From assembly GCA_049290195.1 (NCBI GenBank), contig JBATNE010000244.1, positions 145 through 64,144 on the forward strand: a DNA stretch of 64,000 bases, in the 5' to 3' direction. The position numbers and the translations under genes were made by a program. The stretch is from Candidatus Zixiibacteriota bacterium (lineage in GTDB: Bacteria; Zixibacteria; MSB-5A5; GN15; FEB-12). Positions 10,608 to 23,278 of this stretch are shown here, in pieces. The notes under the pieces are model-generated. The model worked only from the letters and a program-made list of their open reading frames with translations, was not told where the DNA came from and made no database searches. Every line of letters starts with the position of its first letter. Position 1 is the first letter of the stretch.

Positions 10608-11426
10608 CTAGAAGAACCGCCAAAGCGTTCGTATCCCCACCATGATGAGAGCAATCGCCAGCCCACGCGTTATCCAGTTGCCGTGAATCTTTTTGGACAG
10701 GTGCGCACCTATCTGGGCGCCACCAATTACTCCAATTGCCAACGGAATAATCCGTCCGACGCCGGGTCCGATGTCTCCTGCAAAGAGGTGGGTCATTGAT
10801 CCGGAGAACGACATCATGACAAGGATGAAGTGAGAGGTTGCTGTCGCTATGTGAACCGGGAAGTTGAGCATGTGGACGAGCGCCGGGACATGAATAATCC
10901 CGCCGCCGATCCCCAGAATACTGGAGAGATAGCCTACTGCAAAGCTGAGCACAATGCCGCGCCATGGATAGTAGCCGAAGCGATGATGCTCACCGAGAGC
11001 GTCGGTGAAAGAGATCTGCCATGGCTCATTGCCTGTTGTCCGGTTGGACGAGTTCTTGTTGGCGGACCTCACCATGAGAAAGATCGAAGCCGCAACAAGC
11101 ATGAGACCTATAATGAGATCAAAGGTTCGTCTCGGGATATACGACGTAGAGAGAGCACCGAGTATTGTCCCCGGCAATCCTGCAGCCGCGAAAGCGAATC
11201 CGGACTTGAATTCAATCCGCTTCATCCGCGCGTAGGCGATCGACCCGGAGAGGGAGTTGAAAAAGACCACGGCGAGGGAGATGCTGGTCAGGATGTCAGG
11301 ACTTTCGTTGGGGTAGGCCCAAAGGAGGATGGGCATGAGCAGGAACCCTCCACCTACGCCGATCAGCGTCCCCGACGCTCCCACCACGACTCCCAGAAGT
11401 ACCAGCAAGATTGGTATCAGCATCAA
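10608..11426 (-). CDS. TauE/SafE family sulfite exporter-like membrane protein (DUF81)
   Basis: 272 aa with about 8 TM helices. Internal duplication carries Gly-rich motifs (GVGGGFLLMPIL / GIGGGIIHVPAL) typical of TauE/SafE. Confidence 0.85.
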   Translation of the reverse strand: MMLIPILLVLLGVVVGASGTLIGVGGGFLLMPILLWAYPNESPDILTSISLAVVFFNSLSGSIAYARMKRIEFKSGFAFAAAGLPGTILGALSTSYIPRRTFDLIIGLMLVAASIFLMVRSANKNSSNRTTGNEPWQISFTDALGEHHRFGYYPWRGIVLSFAVGYLSSILGIGGGIIHVPALVHMLNFPVHIATATSHFILVMMSFSGSMTHLFAGDIGPGVGRIIPLAIGVIGGAQIGAHLSKKIHGNWITRGLAIALIMVGIRTLWRFF

Positions 11427-11672
11427 TCACGTATCCTCGTGATACAAAGATCTTCGCATTAGTCCCGGTCCATTGAACCGGCCGAACATAGACAAGATTC
11501 GGGTCGCCGGAAAGCGAAAAGGTACGATTTTCGACCCGTTCGCTCGATCCTCTTGACTCTCGGGGAGCGGACCATTACTTTCGTCCATCTTTCCGACGTC
11601 ATAGTCTGACCCGGACCCGGGCCAAGCCTCGGGACCACAAATACACGCTACCATGGGAGACGAATCCGCCGC

Positions 11673-12833
11673 ATGGACTTAGGCAGAGACCGACACGGCC
11701 TTCTCGTACTTGAAGATGGCCGGACTTTTCGCGGATACCGCTTCGGCGCAAATTCGAAAGCGCTGGGGGAAGTCGTTTTCAATACCTCCATGACCGGCTA
11801 CCAGGAAATTCTCTCAGATCCATCATACGCCGGCCAGATCATTGTCATGACCTATCCGCAGATCGGCAACTACGGTCTCACGCGCGAAGACTTCGAATCC
11901 CGCCAGCTCTTCCTTTCAGCCTTCATTGTGAAGGAAGTCAGTCGTCGTGCCAGCAACTGGCGCCATGATTATACGCTCGATCAGTATCTCCGCGAAAAGG
12001 GAATCCCCGGTATCGCCGGGTTTGATACCCGTGCGCTTGTACGCCACATCAGAACTCATGGCGCTATGCGCGGAATTATTGCCGATGCATCCATTCCAAT
12101 TCCGGCACTGCTCGAGGAAGTCCGCGCGTTTCCGCGTATGGATGGCCGGGATCTGGCCATGACCGTTACCGATGGACGGTCCTATCAATGGAGTCAACCG
12201 AAAGTCAGGCTGACTACCGGACAGGCTGCCTTTGTGCCGGCCGGCGAATCATCGGATCATTTGCATGTGGTTGCGATCGACTATGGCATCAAGTGGAATA
12301 TTCTCAGATGCCTCATTGATTCCGGTTGCCGTGTGACGGTGGTCCCGGCCAACTGTCCGTCGGAGGGGATTCTCGCGCTGAAGCCCGATGGTGTGCTGCT
12401 CTCCAACGGCCCGGGTGACCCGGATCCACTCAACTACGCCGTGGAAAATATTCGAGGGTTGATCGGTAAGGTGCCGATTTTCGGCATCTGTCTCGGCCAT
12501 CAGCTTCTCGCCATCGCCGCCGGGGGGAAGACATTTAAGTTGAAGTTCGGACATCGTGGCGGAAATCACCCGGTGATGCAGGTTGAATCCAAGGCCGTGG
12601 AGATAACGTCGCACAACCATGGATTTGCGGTCGATCTTGACTCAATGACCGGCACTGATATGGAAGTCACCCACATCAATTTGAACGACCAAACGGTCGA
12701 GGGTTTCCGCCTTAAGAATTCCCCGGCCTTCAGCGTGCAGTACCACCCGGAGGCCGCCCCAGGCCCGCACGACGCCCACCATCTGTTCGAGCAGTTTACG
12801 CAGACCATGAAGGAGTGGCGGTCTCGCCGATAG
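11673..12833 (+). CDS. carA: Carbamoyl-phosphate synthase small (glutaminase) subunit
   Basis: LLVLEDGRTFRGYRFGA N-terminus. Class I amidotransferase catalytic motif GICLGHQLL and the HNHGF / YHPEA motifs. Confidence 0.95.
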   Translation: MDLGRDRHGLLVLEDGRTFRGYRFGANSKALGEVVFNTSMTGYQEILSDPSYAGQIIVMTYPQIGNYGLTREDFESRQLFLSAFIVKEVSRRASNWRHDYTLDQYLREKGIPGIAGFDTRALVRHIRTHGAMRGIIADASIPIPALLEEVRAFPRMDGRDLAMTVTDGRSYQWSQPKVRLTTGQAAFVPAGESSDHLHVVAIDYGIKWNILRCLIDSGCRVTVVPANCPSEGILALKPDGVLLSNGPGDPDPLNYAVENIRGLIGKVPIFGICLGHQLLAIAAGGKTFKLKFGHRGGNHPVMQVESKAVEITSHNHGFAVDLDSMTGTDMEVTHINLNDQTVEGFRLKNSPAFSVQYHPEAAPGPHDAHHLFEQFTQTMKEWRSRR

Positions 12834-12836
12834 CAC

Positions 12837-16055
<3,219 letters not shown>

Positions 16056-16330
16056 CCGGTCTTTTCAACAGACCTATCTTCCTAACAGTATTCTTGGCTG
16101 ATACTCATTTCAGCTTAACCACTTCCTAACACAGAAAATCGATTCTACTCGCGCCGGTAGGGGGAGAATGCTCCATCTGCATCGGCACCGCGAAACCAGG
16201 ACCTTGCGGTCTGGTCAAAAAGTAACCCTGCACTCATGCGGGCTTAACAGGAAAACGAAATGTTTGAGCGGCGGTCGGCACTAAGCCGGCTTGCTGGAAT
16301 ATGAACTGCGATTTAAGGGAAGAGGAATCT

Positions 16331-19276
16331 ATGAATCGCTCCGAAACAAAACTCGCACGAATACGATCGGTCTGGACTGACATTCTGATAGCAGGGATGC
16401 TCGTTGTCTGTCTGATCGCAATGACTGCCACCTTTGGATACTCCCAGGACTCCACACCCGTTAAGACCGGCAAAGTTACCGGTCGACTCTTTGACGCTGA
16501 AACAGGAGAAGCGCTTCTCGGTGCTTCCGTCATGATCGATGGTACCAAGTTGGGGGCGGTAACCGACCTCCAGGGAAACTTCATCATCCGCAATGTCCCG
16601 GTGGGCAACTATACCGTTGTCGCCTCCATGGTCGGCTACGCCGGCGTGCGGGTGACTTCAGTGGTTGTTTCCGAAGCCGAACCGGCCAAGGTCGAACTTG
16701 CACTCAAACCGCAATTGATTGAAACGCAGGGAGTGACGGTCGAAGCCAAAATGCTGAAGAACACCGAAGCCAGCCTGCTCAGGGAACGTAAGGCCTCGCA
16801 CACCGTGAGTGACGCCATCAGCTCGGAAGCCATCTCCCGCTCGGGTGCCGGCGATGCTGCTTCGGCCATGATGCGCGTGACGGGTGCCTCCGTTGCCAAT
16901 GGCAAATACGCCGTTGTACGCGGACTCAGCGACCGATACACCAACACTCAGTTGAACGGCAGTTCGCTTCCGAGTGCTGACCCGGACAAGCAGGCGTTCA
17001 ATATGGACCTCGTGCCGACCAACCTCTTGGACAACATCGTCGTCACCAAGAGCTATTCTGCCGACAAGCCGGGGAATTTCACCGGCGGCAGTATCAATCT
17101 CGTGACCAAGGACTTTCCGGATACCCGGACCCTGTCGTTTTCGGCCGGTTCATCTTACAACACGGAATTCACTGGTAAGGCGGTCCTCACAAACAGTACC
17201 AGTTCGCGAGACTGGCTCGGCTACGACGACGGCATGCGTGAAATCCCCAAGTATCTTGAAGACAATCTGTATCGGCTCATGGCCGATTCCACAACGAAGA
17301 ATCGCCGTAAACCGGTTGCGGCCAACCACTACGACTCGTCGGGGTCCCGCTACGCACTCTTTATGGATAGCGCTTGCAAGGCGTTTACGCCCCAGTTCAA
17401 TCCGCGCAAACATACCGCTCCCTTGAATCAGAATTACTCGGTCTCGTACGGCGATAATCTGTCGTTCTTCGGACGGTCGCTCGGCTTTGTCGGCAATCTG
17501 ACGTACGATCGCAGCCAGTCCGCCTTCTACAACGGTAACAATAATCTGTATACCGCCCTGAATAGTACTCAGCTCCTGGAAGTTGATCGTCTGACGGAGA
17601 ACCGCGGCTCGGATGAAGTCCTATGGGGAGGGATGGCCAGCGCCAATTACAGCCTGGCCACAAATCACAGGATCGGCGTCCGTTATGTCTACAACCGCAA
17701 CGGCAACCAGGAAACATCAACTCTCAACGGCGTCTGGAACGACTACGGACAGGGGCAGATGTTCGCCTCAAACAATGTCGAATATACCCAGCGGACCATG
17801 CGCAGCATCCAAATCAATGGCTCGCATGATTTGAAGTTGGGCCTGCCGGTTCGCGTCGAATGGGCGTACAGCGACGCGAAGAGCAAGCAGAATCAGAATC
17901 TTCGCCAGTTCCTGTACAGCTTCAATATCGATTCGAGTGTTGTGCCGACAGATACCAGTGGCTGGGGCATCACCAGTAGTTCCGAGCCGACGGTCTATTG
18001 GCGCGACATAATCGAATCCAACAAGGAGTTCAACCTTGATCTCAAGGTGAGCCTGTCCAGGAGTGCCTCGTTCAAGTTGGGCGGCAACTATCTCGACAAG
18101 GTGCGCACGTTCCGGCAGACCGAGATCAAATGGGCCCAGAGTGCTTCGACTTCCAAGTTGACAGAGTATCGCGGCAATATGGATCTCTGGATTCAGCACG
18201 CCGGCCTGACTGACAGTACATCGTCTCAGTTTTACAATTTTGACACCTATCTGTACTTCTTCCCGACTGCCGAGGACGAGTACGACGGTAGCCAGAAGAT
18301 TCCGGCCTGGTACGGCTTGCTCGAAGTACACCCTGTCCAGAAGCTGGAATTGCTGGCAGGCGTGCGTCACGAGCGTACCGATATGAAAGCGATCAATCTG
18401 AGTGCCGATCCGTTTGGCGGCAAGATTAACACCGGCGATTGGCTTCCGTCAGTCAACCTGACCTACAATCTGGCGGAAAAAATGAATCTCCGCGGTGCCT
18501 ACAGTCGCACCCTGGCGCGCCCCAATATTCGCGAAATAGCACCGTTCCGCTCAACCGAATTTGCCGGTTCCAAGTACTTCTATGGCAATCCGGATCTGAA
18601 AGTAACCCATATCACCAACTGGGATTTGCGCTGGGAATGGTTCATGCGGACCAACGAATTGTTTGCCGTCAGCGCCTTCTACAAGACCTTTGTTGATCCC
18701 ATCGAGGTAGCCTATTCCGGCAGCAACTACGACCGCAAGCCAACTAACGCGCCCACAGCGAGAAATATCGGGCTGGAATTTGAAGCTCGAAAGAATCTCG
18801 ATCAGATATCGAGGAAATTGGCTGATTTCAGCATCGGCGCCAACCTGACCCTGGTCCGGTCACGCCTCAAAATCCCGGAAGGCGAACTCTCGCAAATGCG
18901 AATTCTGGATCCGGGTGTATCGGATGAACGCCCGATGTCCAACCAGTCTCCCTATATCGTCAATCTTAGCCTGGGCTATGACAACAGCAAGACGGGAACT
19001 GCGGTGACGCTTCTGTACAACGTATTTGGGCGCCGCTTCTATTACAACGCCGATGGCGGCACGCCTGACATCTATGAAATGCCGCGCAAGCAGTTTGATC
19101 TGATCCTCTCCCAGAACATTTTCCGCGGCGCCACCTTCAAGGCGTCCTGCAAGAACATCTTGAACGAAGGGTTTGAGACGGACTACTACTATGTGGGCTC
19201 CGGCGCCAAGACCCCGTTCCAAACGCATGATGGCGGGCGCAGCTTCTCCATCGGCATGACCTATAAGGTGCTCTAA
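16331..19276 (+). CDS. TonB-dependent receptor with N-terminal carboxypeptidase-regulatory-like domain
   Basis: CarboxypepD_reg pattern (GKVTGRLFDAETGEALLGASVMIDGTKLGAVTDLQGNFIIRNVPVGNYTVVASMVGY) and plug motifs (VRGLSDRYTNTQLNG). The C-terminal beta-barrel ends ...SFSIGMTYKVL. Start chosen at M11 of the ORF (MNRSETKL), which has an upstream purine-rich SD. Confidence 0.85.
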   Translation: MNRSETKLARIRSVWTDILIAGMLVVCLIAMTATFGYSQDSTPVKTGKVTGRLFDAETGEALLGASVMIDGTKLGAVTDLQGNFIIRNVPVGNYTVVASMVGYAGVRVTSVVVSEAEPAKVELALKPQLIETQGVTVEAKMLKNTEASLLRERKASHTVSDAISSEAISRSGAGDAASAMMRVTGASVANGKYAVVRGLSDRYTNTQLNGSSLPSADPDKQAFNMDLVPTNLLDNIVVTKSYSADKPGNFTGGSINLVTKDFPDTRTLSFSAGSSYNTEFTGKAVLTNSTSSRDWLGYDDGMREIPKYLEDNLYRLMADSTTKNRRKPVAANHYDSSGSRYALFMDSACKAFTPQFNPRKHTAPLNQNYSVSYGDNLSFFGRSLGFVGNLTYDRSQSAFYNGNNNLYTALNSTQLLEVDRLTENRGSDEVLWGGMASANYSLATNHRIGVRYVYNRNGNQETSTLNGVWNDYGQGQMFASNNVEYTQRTMRSIQINGSHDLKLGLPVRVEWAYSDAKSKQNQNLRQFLYSFNIDSSVVPTDTSGWGITSSSEPTVYWRDIIESNKEFNLDLKVSLSRSASFKLGGNYLDKVRTFRQTEIKWAQSASTSKLTEYRGNMDLWIQHAGLTDSTSSQFYNFDTYLYFFPTAEDEYDGSQKIPAWYGLLEVHPVQKLELLAGVRHERTDMKAINLSADPFGGKINTGDWLPSVNLTYNLAEKMNLRGAYSRTLARPNIREIAPFRSTEFAGSKYFYGNPDLKVTHITNWDLRWEWFMRTNELFAVSAFYKTFVDPIEVAYSGSNYDRKPTNAPTARNIGLEFEARKNLDQISRKLADFSIGANLTLVRSRLKIPEGELSQMRILDPGVSDERPMSNQSPYIVNLSLGYDNSKTGTAVTLLYNVFGRRFYYNADGGTPDIYEMPRKQFDLILSQNIFRGATFKASCKNILNEGFETDYYYVGSGAKTPFQTHDGGRSFSIGMTYKVL

Positions 19277-19579
19277 GATAACACCATGATGAACACATCT
19301 TTTCTCCCGACCATTGACCCCCAAGTCCGGGGATTGCAATACAAGATTTTCGCGCCGAAAGGCGCGGAAAGTAGGGCGCGTGTAACGGCTGTCACCTCCG
19401 CGAGAGCCAACTTTGTCGGCAGCGTGGCAGCAGACCCTTTCACTTCTGTATCACTAGTAACTGAATCATGACGTCACAGAGAAGGAGGCGAGTCATTAGG
19501 ATCATCCGCGGTAATACTACGATTGTCATTCGTTCGAAATATGTGTTGCTCTGCATTAAGGATTAGGAGAAAAGTGTTC

Positions 19580-22500
19580 ATGTTGAAAAGACTTCTATTT
19601 GTGCTGATGGCCGTTGCCTTGCCGTCGTTGTGCTTTTCCCAGTACAACGAAACGAGCTGGCCGGTCGTCGAAGTCGGTTCGCCGGCTCCGAGCCATCAGA
19701 TGATCGTGAATACCGGCCAGACCGTCACCTGGCAGGCCGGCCACGTATATCATCTTCAGGGTTTCTGTTTTGTAGATTCAGGCGCCACGCTGGTCATACA
19801 GCCAGGCACCATCATTAAAGGTGAGCCGGGACAGGCCGCCAATGCTTCCGTGTTGGTTGTCGCTCCGGGCGGCAAGATTATTGCCCAGGGTTCTAAAGCC
19901 CTCCCGATCATTTTCACCACCAACAACGACATGGTAGCCGATACGTCCGATATGCCGGACATCGCCTCCAGCCGTGGTAACTGGGGTGGTATTGTCGTTC
20001 AGGGTCGAGCTTTCACGGCCGCTGCCGGCGACACCTCCGCTGTCGAAGGTATCCCGACTTTCACTTCCCCCTCTCCGTTTACTGCTCGCAAGACTCAGTA
20101 TGGCGGCGGCGCCACTCCGGATTGTCATGATAACTCCGGCGTGTTCTCATACATCTCGATCCGCTATGCCGGATCGATATTCGGTTCAAACGTCGAAGTC
20201 AACGGTATCAGCTTGGCTGGCGTCGGCGACGGTACCAAAGTCGACCACCTTGATTTCTACTACTCGCTCGATGACGACATCGAGACCTGGGGTGGTAGCG
20301 TAAACGTTCTCTATACCTCTATCTGGTATGGTGACGATGACGGTTGGGACACAGACGAAGGCTGGGCTGGTGTTCGCCAGTTCGGCGTCGAAGTGAAAGA
20401 TCCGCGCTGGGGTGACCGCCTCACCGAAACCGATGGTCGTCAACAGGCCGTCTGGTCCGATACGTCCAGCCTCGCAGCGCTCGTTCCGTCCACCGCAGGC
20501 TGGAACTGCAACTATCCTTCCGCTCCGCTGGTCGCCAACCTTACAGCTATTGGACAGGGTAGCGCCTTCACCGGTACCGCCGGTGACCGCCAGTTGTTCC
20601 GCGAAGGTTACCGCGGTTACTGGTACAATAACGTCTTCATGGAACAGCCGAAAACCGTTCTTGAAATCGACTGCCCCGGTACTGGTGATGTGAACATCGA
20701 CGCACTCGCGAGCGCGACTCGCAACCTGCCGTCAGGTGCCGCCTCTATTGGTGCCGGCCACCCGATGCTCGATTTTGTAAATAACTTCTGGTACAAGAAC
20801 TTTGATCTCCCCGGTGGCGTGAACAAAGGCTACCTCGGATTTATCTCCACCGGTAACGCTGCCAACCCGCTGGCGACTGCCCGCGTGCGTGCCGACCTCT
20901 TCCCGGGAACTGATACTACCGCTACCGGTAAGAACCACGTGGGCCTTGATCCGAAACTGGTCAGCTACGAAACCGTCAATCCGCCGGTTCGTCACCAGAT
21001 CATGGATCTTCGCCCGAACACCGGCTCGCCGCTTATCGGCTCAGCCGTCACCCCGCCTGCTTACGCTCAGCCGAATGGTGCCTACACCCCGACCACCTAC
21101 GCCGGTGCCTTTGCTCCGGCTCAGCCGATGTGGATTCAGGAACCGTGGGTAACCGCCTATCAGTACAAGATCATCCCGAACTTGTCCGGCGACACCTGCG
21201 GCTGTGCCGCGACTCGTGATGGAAAACCGGTCGTTGTGGTGGGTTCACCCGCTCCAAGCCACACTCTTATCCAGCACGATATCGTCCTTTCGGCTGATAC
21301 GATTTACAACTTGAAGGGCTTTGTCGCCATCGACTCCGGCTACACCCTCTTCATCGAACCCGGAACCACCATCAAGGGTGATCATGGTCAGGCTGCTAAC
21401 GCGACCGCTTTGATCATCACCCCGGGTGCCCGCATCATCGCTCCGGGAACGGCCTGCAAGCCGATCATCTTCACCGACATCGACGACAACGTCGATGACC
21501 CGAGTGACATCCCGGACATCGCTTCCAGCCGTGGCCGCTGGGGCGGAATTCTCATCGAGGGTCGTGCCTTCACTGCCGCCGCCGGTGATACCGCCGCGAT
21601 CGAAGGCGTTCCGACCTTTACCGATGGTCCGTGGACTGCTCGCAAGACCCAGTACGGTGGTGGCGCCACTCCGAACTGCCACGACAACTCTGGTATCCTG
21701 CAGTACATTTCTATCCGCTATGCCGGTTCCATCATCGGCGCCAATGTCGAAGTCAACGCCCTCAGCCTCGGCGCGGTTGGCGATGGCACCATCATCGATC
21801 ACATCGAAACCTACTATGGTCTCGATGACGATATCGAAACTTGGGGCGGCAGTGTAAACCTGTCCTACCTCTGTTCTTTCTACGGCGATGACGACTGCTG
21901 GGATACCGACGAAGGTTGGGCTGGTGTTCGCCAGTTCGGTCTTGAAGTCAAGGATCCTCGCTGGGGCGATCGCTTGAACGAAAACGACGGCCGTAACGCC
22001 AACGTCTGGACCGATACGACCGCTCTTGCCGCTATCGCTCCGTCTACCGGCGGCTGGAACTGCAACTATCCGTCCGCTCCGCTCAATGCCAACCTGACCA
22101 TGATCGGTCAGAGCAATACGTTTACTGGAACGGCTGGCGACCGTGCCATCTATCGCGAAGACCTTCGTGCCTACTGGTACAATAACGTTTTCATGCAGCA
22201 GCCGAAGAACGCTGTTGAAGTTGACTGTCCGGGCGGCGATGCCAATATCGACAACCTCCCGAGCGCGACCCGAAACCTCGTTGGTGGCGCGGCTGCCATT
22301 GGTGCCGGCCATCCGCTCCTTGACTTCGTGTCCAACTTCTACTGGAAGTCTTGGAACGCTGGCGGTGGCGCTGGTCCTACCATCAAGCACTTTATCGCTA
22401 CTGGTGACACTACTGTTGCTCCGCTGGCTACTGCACGCGTACGCAACGCCTTCTTCCCGGGCGGCGACACAACTCTCGCTACCGGCAAGAACTTCCTCGT

Positions 22501-22993
22501 CAATCCGCAGCTCACTAGCTACGAGAAGGTGAATCCTCCGACCCGTTTGGGTCACTTGAACCCAGTTCCGAAGGCGGGCGGAAACCTCGCTACCAAGATT
22601 GGTGCGACGATTCCTGCCTATGCCAAGCCGAACAGTTCCTACGTCCCCGTGACGTACATCGGTGCCTTCGATCCGACTGTACCGCTGACCTCATCATGGA
22701 TTTGGGGATGGACCGCCGTCTCAACCTGCTATGGCATACTTGGTACGACGACCGTGCCGGATCCCGATCCGGGTACCTGCTGCGTCGGTACCACCGGTAA
22801 CGTCAACATGGCTGGTGGCGTCGATCTTGCCGACCTGTCCGCACTCGTCAGCTACCTGACCGGTGGCGGCTATGTTCTGACATGCACCGCGGAAGCGAAT
22901 GTAAACGCTTCAGGCGCTGTCGACCTGGCTGACTTGTCTGCCCTGGTCAGTTACTTGACTGGCGGCGGATACGTCCTGCCGACCTGTCCGTGA
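19580..22993 (+). CDS. Secreted 1137-aa protein: two tandem ~500-aa paralogous modules plus a C-terminal dockerin-like double repeat
   Basis: AGGAGA SD lies 9 nt before the ATG at 19580, followed by signal peptide MLKRLLFVLMAVALPSLCFSQ. Both modules share GSPAPSH...GQAANA...DIASSRG.WGG...TARKTQYGGGATP.CHDNSG...YISIRYAGS...DDDIETWGGSVN...DTDEGWAGVRQFG.EVKDPRWGDRL. This resembles the uncharacterised receptor-adjacent protein family with a 'DD.FE.FGG' motif that I recall from other FCB/spirochaete genomes. Confidence 0.8.
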   Translation: MLKRLLFVLMAVALPSLCFSQYNETSWPVVEVGSPAPSHQMIVNTGQTVTWQAGHVYHLQGFCFVDSGATLVIQPGTIIKGEPGQAANASVLVVAPGGKIIAQGSKALPIIFTTNNDMVADTSDMPDIASSRGNWGGIVVQGRAFTAAAGDTSAVEGIPTFTSPSPFTARKTQYGGGATPDCHDNSGVFSYISIRYAGSIFGSNVEVNGISLAGVGDGTKVDHLDFYYSLDDDIETWGGSVNVLYTSIWYGDDDGWDTDEGWAGVRQFGVEVKDPRWGDRLTETDGRQQAVWSDTSSLAALVPSTAGWNCNYPSAPLVANLTAIGQGSAFTGTAGDRQLFREGYRGYWYNNVFMEQPKTVLEIDCPGTGDVNIDALASATRNLPSGAASIGAGHPMLDFVNNFWYKNFDLPGGVNKGYLGFISTGNAANPLATARVRADLFPGTDTTATGKNHVGLDPKLVSYETVNPPVRHQIMDLRPNTGSPLIGSAVTPPAYAQPNGAYTPTTYAGAFAPAQPMWIQEPWVTAYQYKIIPNLSGDTCGCAATRDGKPVVVVGSPAPSHTLIQHDIVLSADTIYNLKGFVAIDSGYTLFIEPGTTIKGDHGQAANATALIITPGARIIAPGTACKPIIFTDIDDNVDDPSDIPDIASSRGRWGGILIEGRAFTAAAGDTAAIEGVPTFTDGPWTARKTQYGGGATPNCHDNSGILQYISIRYAGSIIGANVEVNALSLGAVGDGTIIDHIETYYGLDDDIETWGGSVNLSYLCSFYGDDDCWDTDEGWAGVRQFGLEVKDPRWGDRLNENDGRNANVWTDTTALAAIAPSTGGWNCNYPSAPLNANLTMIGQSNTFTGTAGDRAIYREDLRAYWYNNVFMQQPKNAVEVDCPGGDANIDNLPSATRNLVGGAAAIGAGHPLLDFVSNFYWKSWNAGGGAGPTIKHFIATGDTTVAPLATARVRNAFFPGGDTTLATGKNFLVNPQLTSYEKVNPPTRLGHLNPVPKAGGNLATKIGATIPAYAKPNSSYVPVTYIGAFDPTVPLTSSWIWGWTAVSTCYGILGTTTVPDPDPGTCCVGTTGNVNMAGGVDLADLSALVSYLTGGGYVLTCTAEANVNASGAVDLADLSALVSYLTGGGYVLPTCP
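19664..21229 (+). repeat. Intragenic tandem duplication, module 1
   Basis: aa VVEVGSPAPSHQMIV... through ...CGCAATRDGKP. Collinear with module 2 along essentially its whole length; high identity by eye, not computed. Confidence 0.8.
21230..22750 (+). repeat. Intragenic tandem duplication, module 2
   Basis: aa VVVVGSPAPSHTLIQ... through ...SSWIWGWTAVSTCYG. Same motif order as module 1. Confidence 0.8.
22778..22990 (+). repeat. Cys-flanked dockerin-like double repeat (C-terminal ~70 aa)
   Basis: CCVGTTGNVNMAGGVDLADLSALVSYLTGGGYVLTC TAEANVNASGAVDLADLSALVSYLTGGGYVLPTC. Two near-identical 22-24-aa segments with an N/D-rich loop followed by a DLxxLVxYL helix, as in type I dockerin repeats, but with degenerate Ca-binding positions. 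Confidence 0.6.
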
Positions 22994-23084
22994 TTCTGAT
23001 TCTAAGCTGGGTGCCGCTCGACTCGAGCGGCGCCCGACAAAATATGTAGTCGCTCTCCATCCTCTTCCCTTGGTGGCTACGAAT

Positions 23085-23112
23085 GAAGGGGCGGTCGAAA
23101 GACCGCCCCTTC
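23085..23112 (+). terminator. Stem-loop terminator candidate downstream of the large secreted protein
   Basis: Perfect 12-bp stem GAAGGGGCGGTC / GACCGCCCCTTC with a GAAA tetraloop. The downstream tract TCAATTCT is only weakly U-rich. Confidence 0.5.
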
Positions 23113-23278
23113 TCAATTCTCGCCCTCTCCATCCCACGAGACCGATCGACGGCAGATATGATCATTCCTAATCGTTACCTAATAGATCGCTAACAGTTAA
23201 GATGTACAAAGGGTGACAAGATGAGGACATAGTCCTCTGTACGACTAACCCCTAGTCCAGGAATGTTGAAGAAAACAC

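Noticed and set aside
11427-11672. 75-aa minus-strand ORF, or a pyrimidine attenuator, upstream of carA
   Set aside because: The ORF has no SD and an odd composition. No PyrR-binding loop (ARUCCAGAGAGGYU-like) or obvious terminator/antiterminator pair was seen.
16056-16330. Looked for a riboswitch (cobalamin B12-box, TPP) upstream of the TonB-dependent receptor
   Set aside because: I could not find a B12-box-like GCCACTG/AGYCMGG core or a TPP CTGAGA...ACCTGA motif by eye. An Infernal/Rfam scan would be needed to be sure.
21245-22555. 436-aa ORF on the minus strand inside the large secreted-protein gene
   Set aside because: It is fully antisense to a gene with strong motif content and a signal peptide. 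Its translation is Arg/Ser/Gly/Ala-rich low-complexity, typical of antisense frames in GC-rich repetitive coding DNA.
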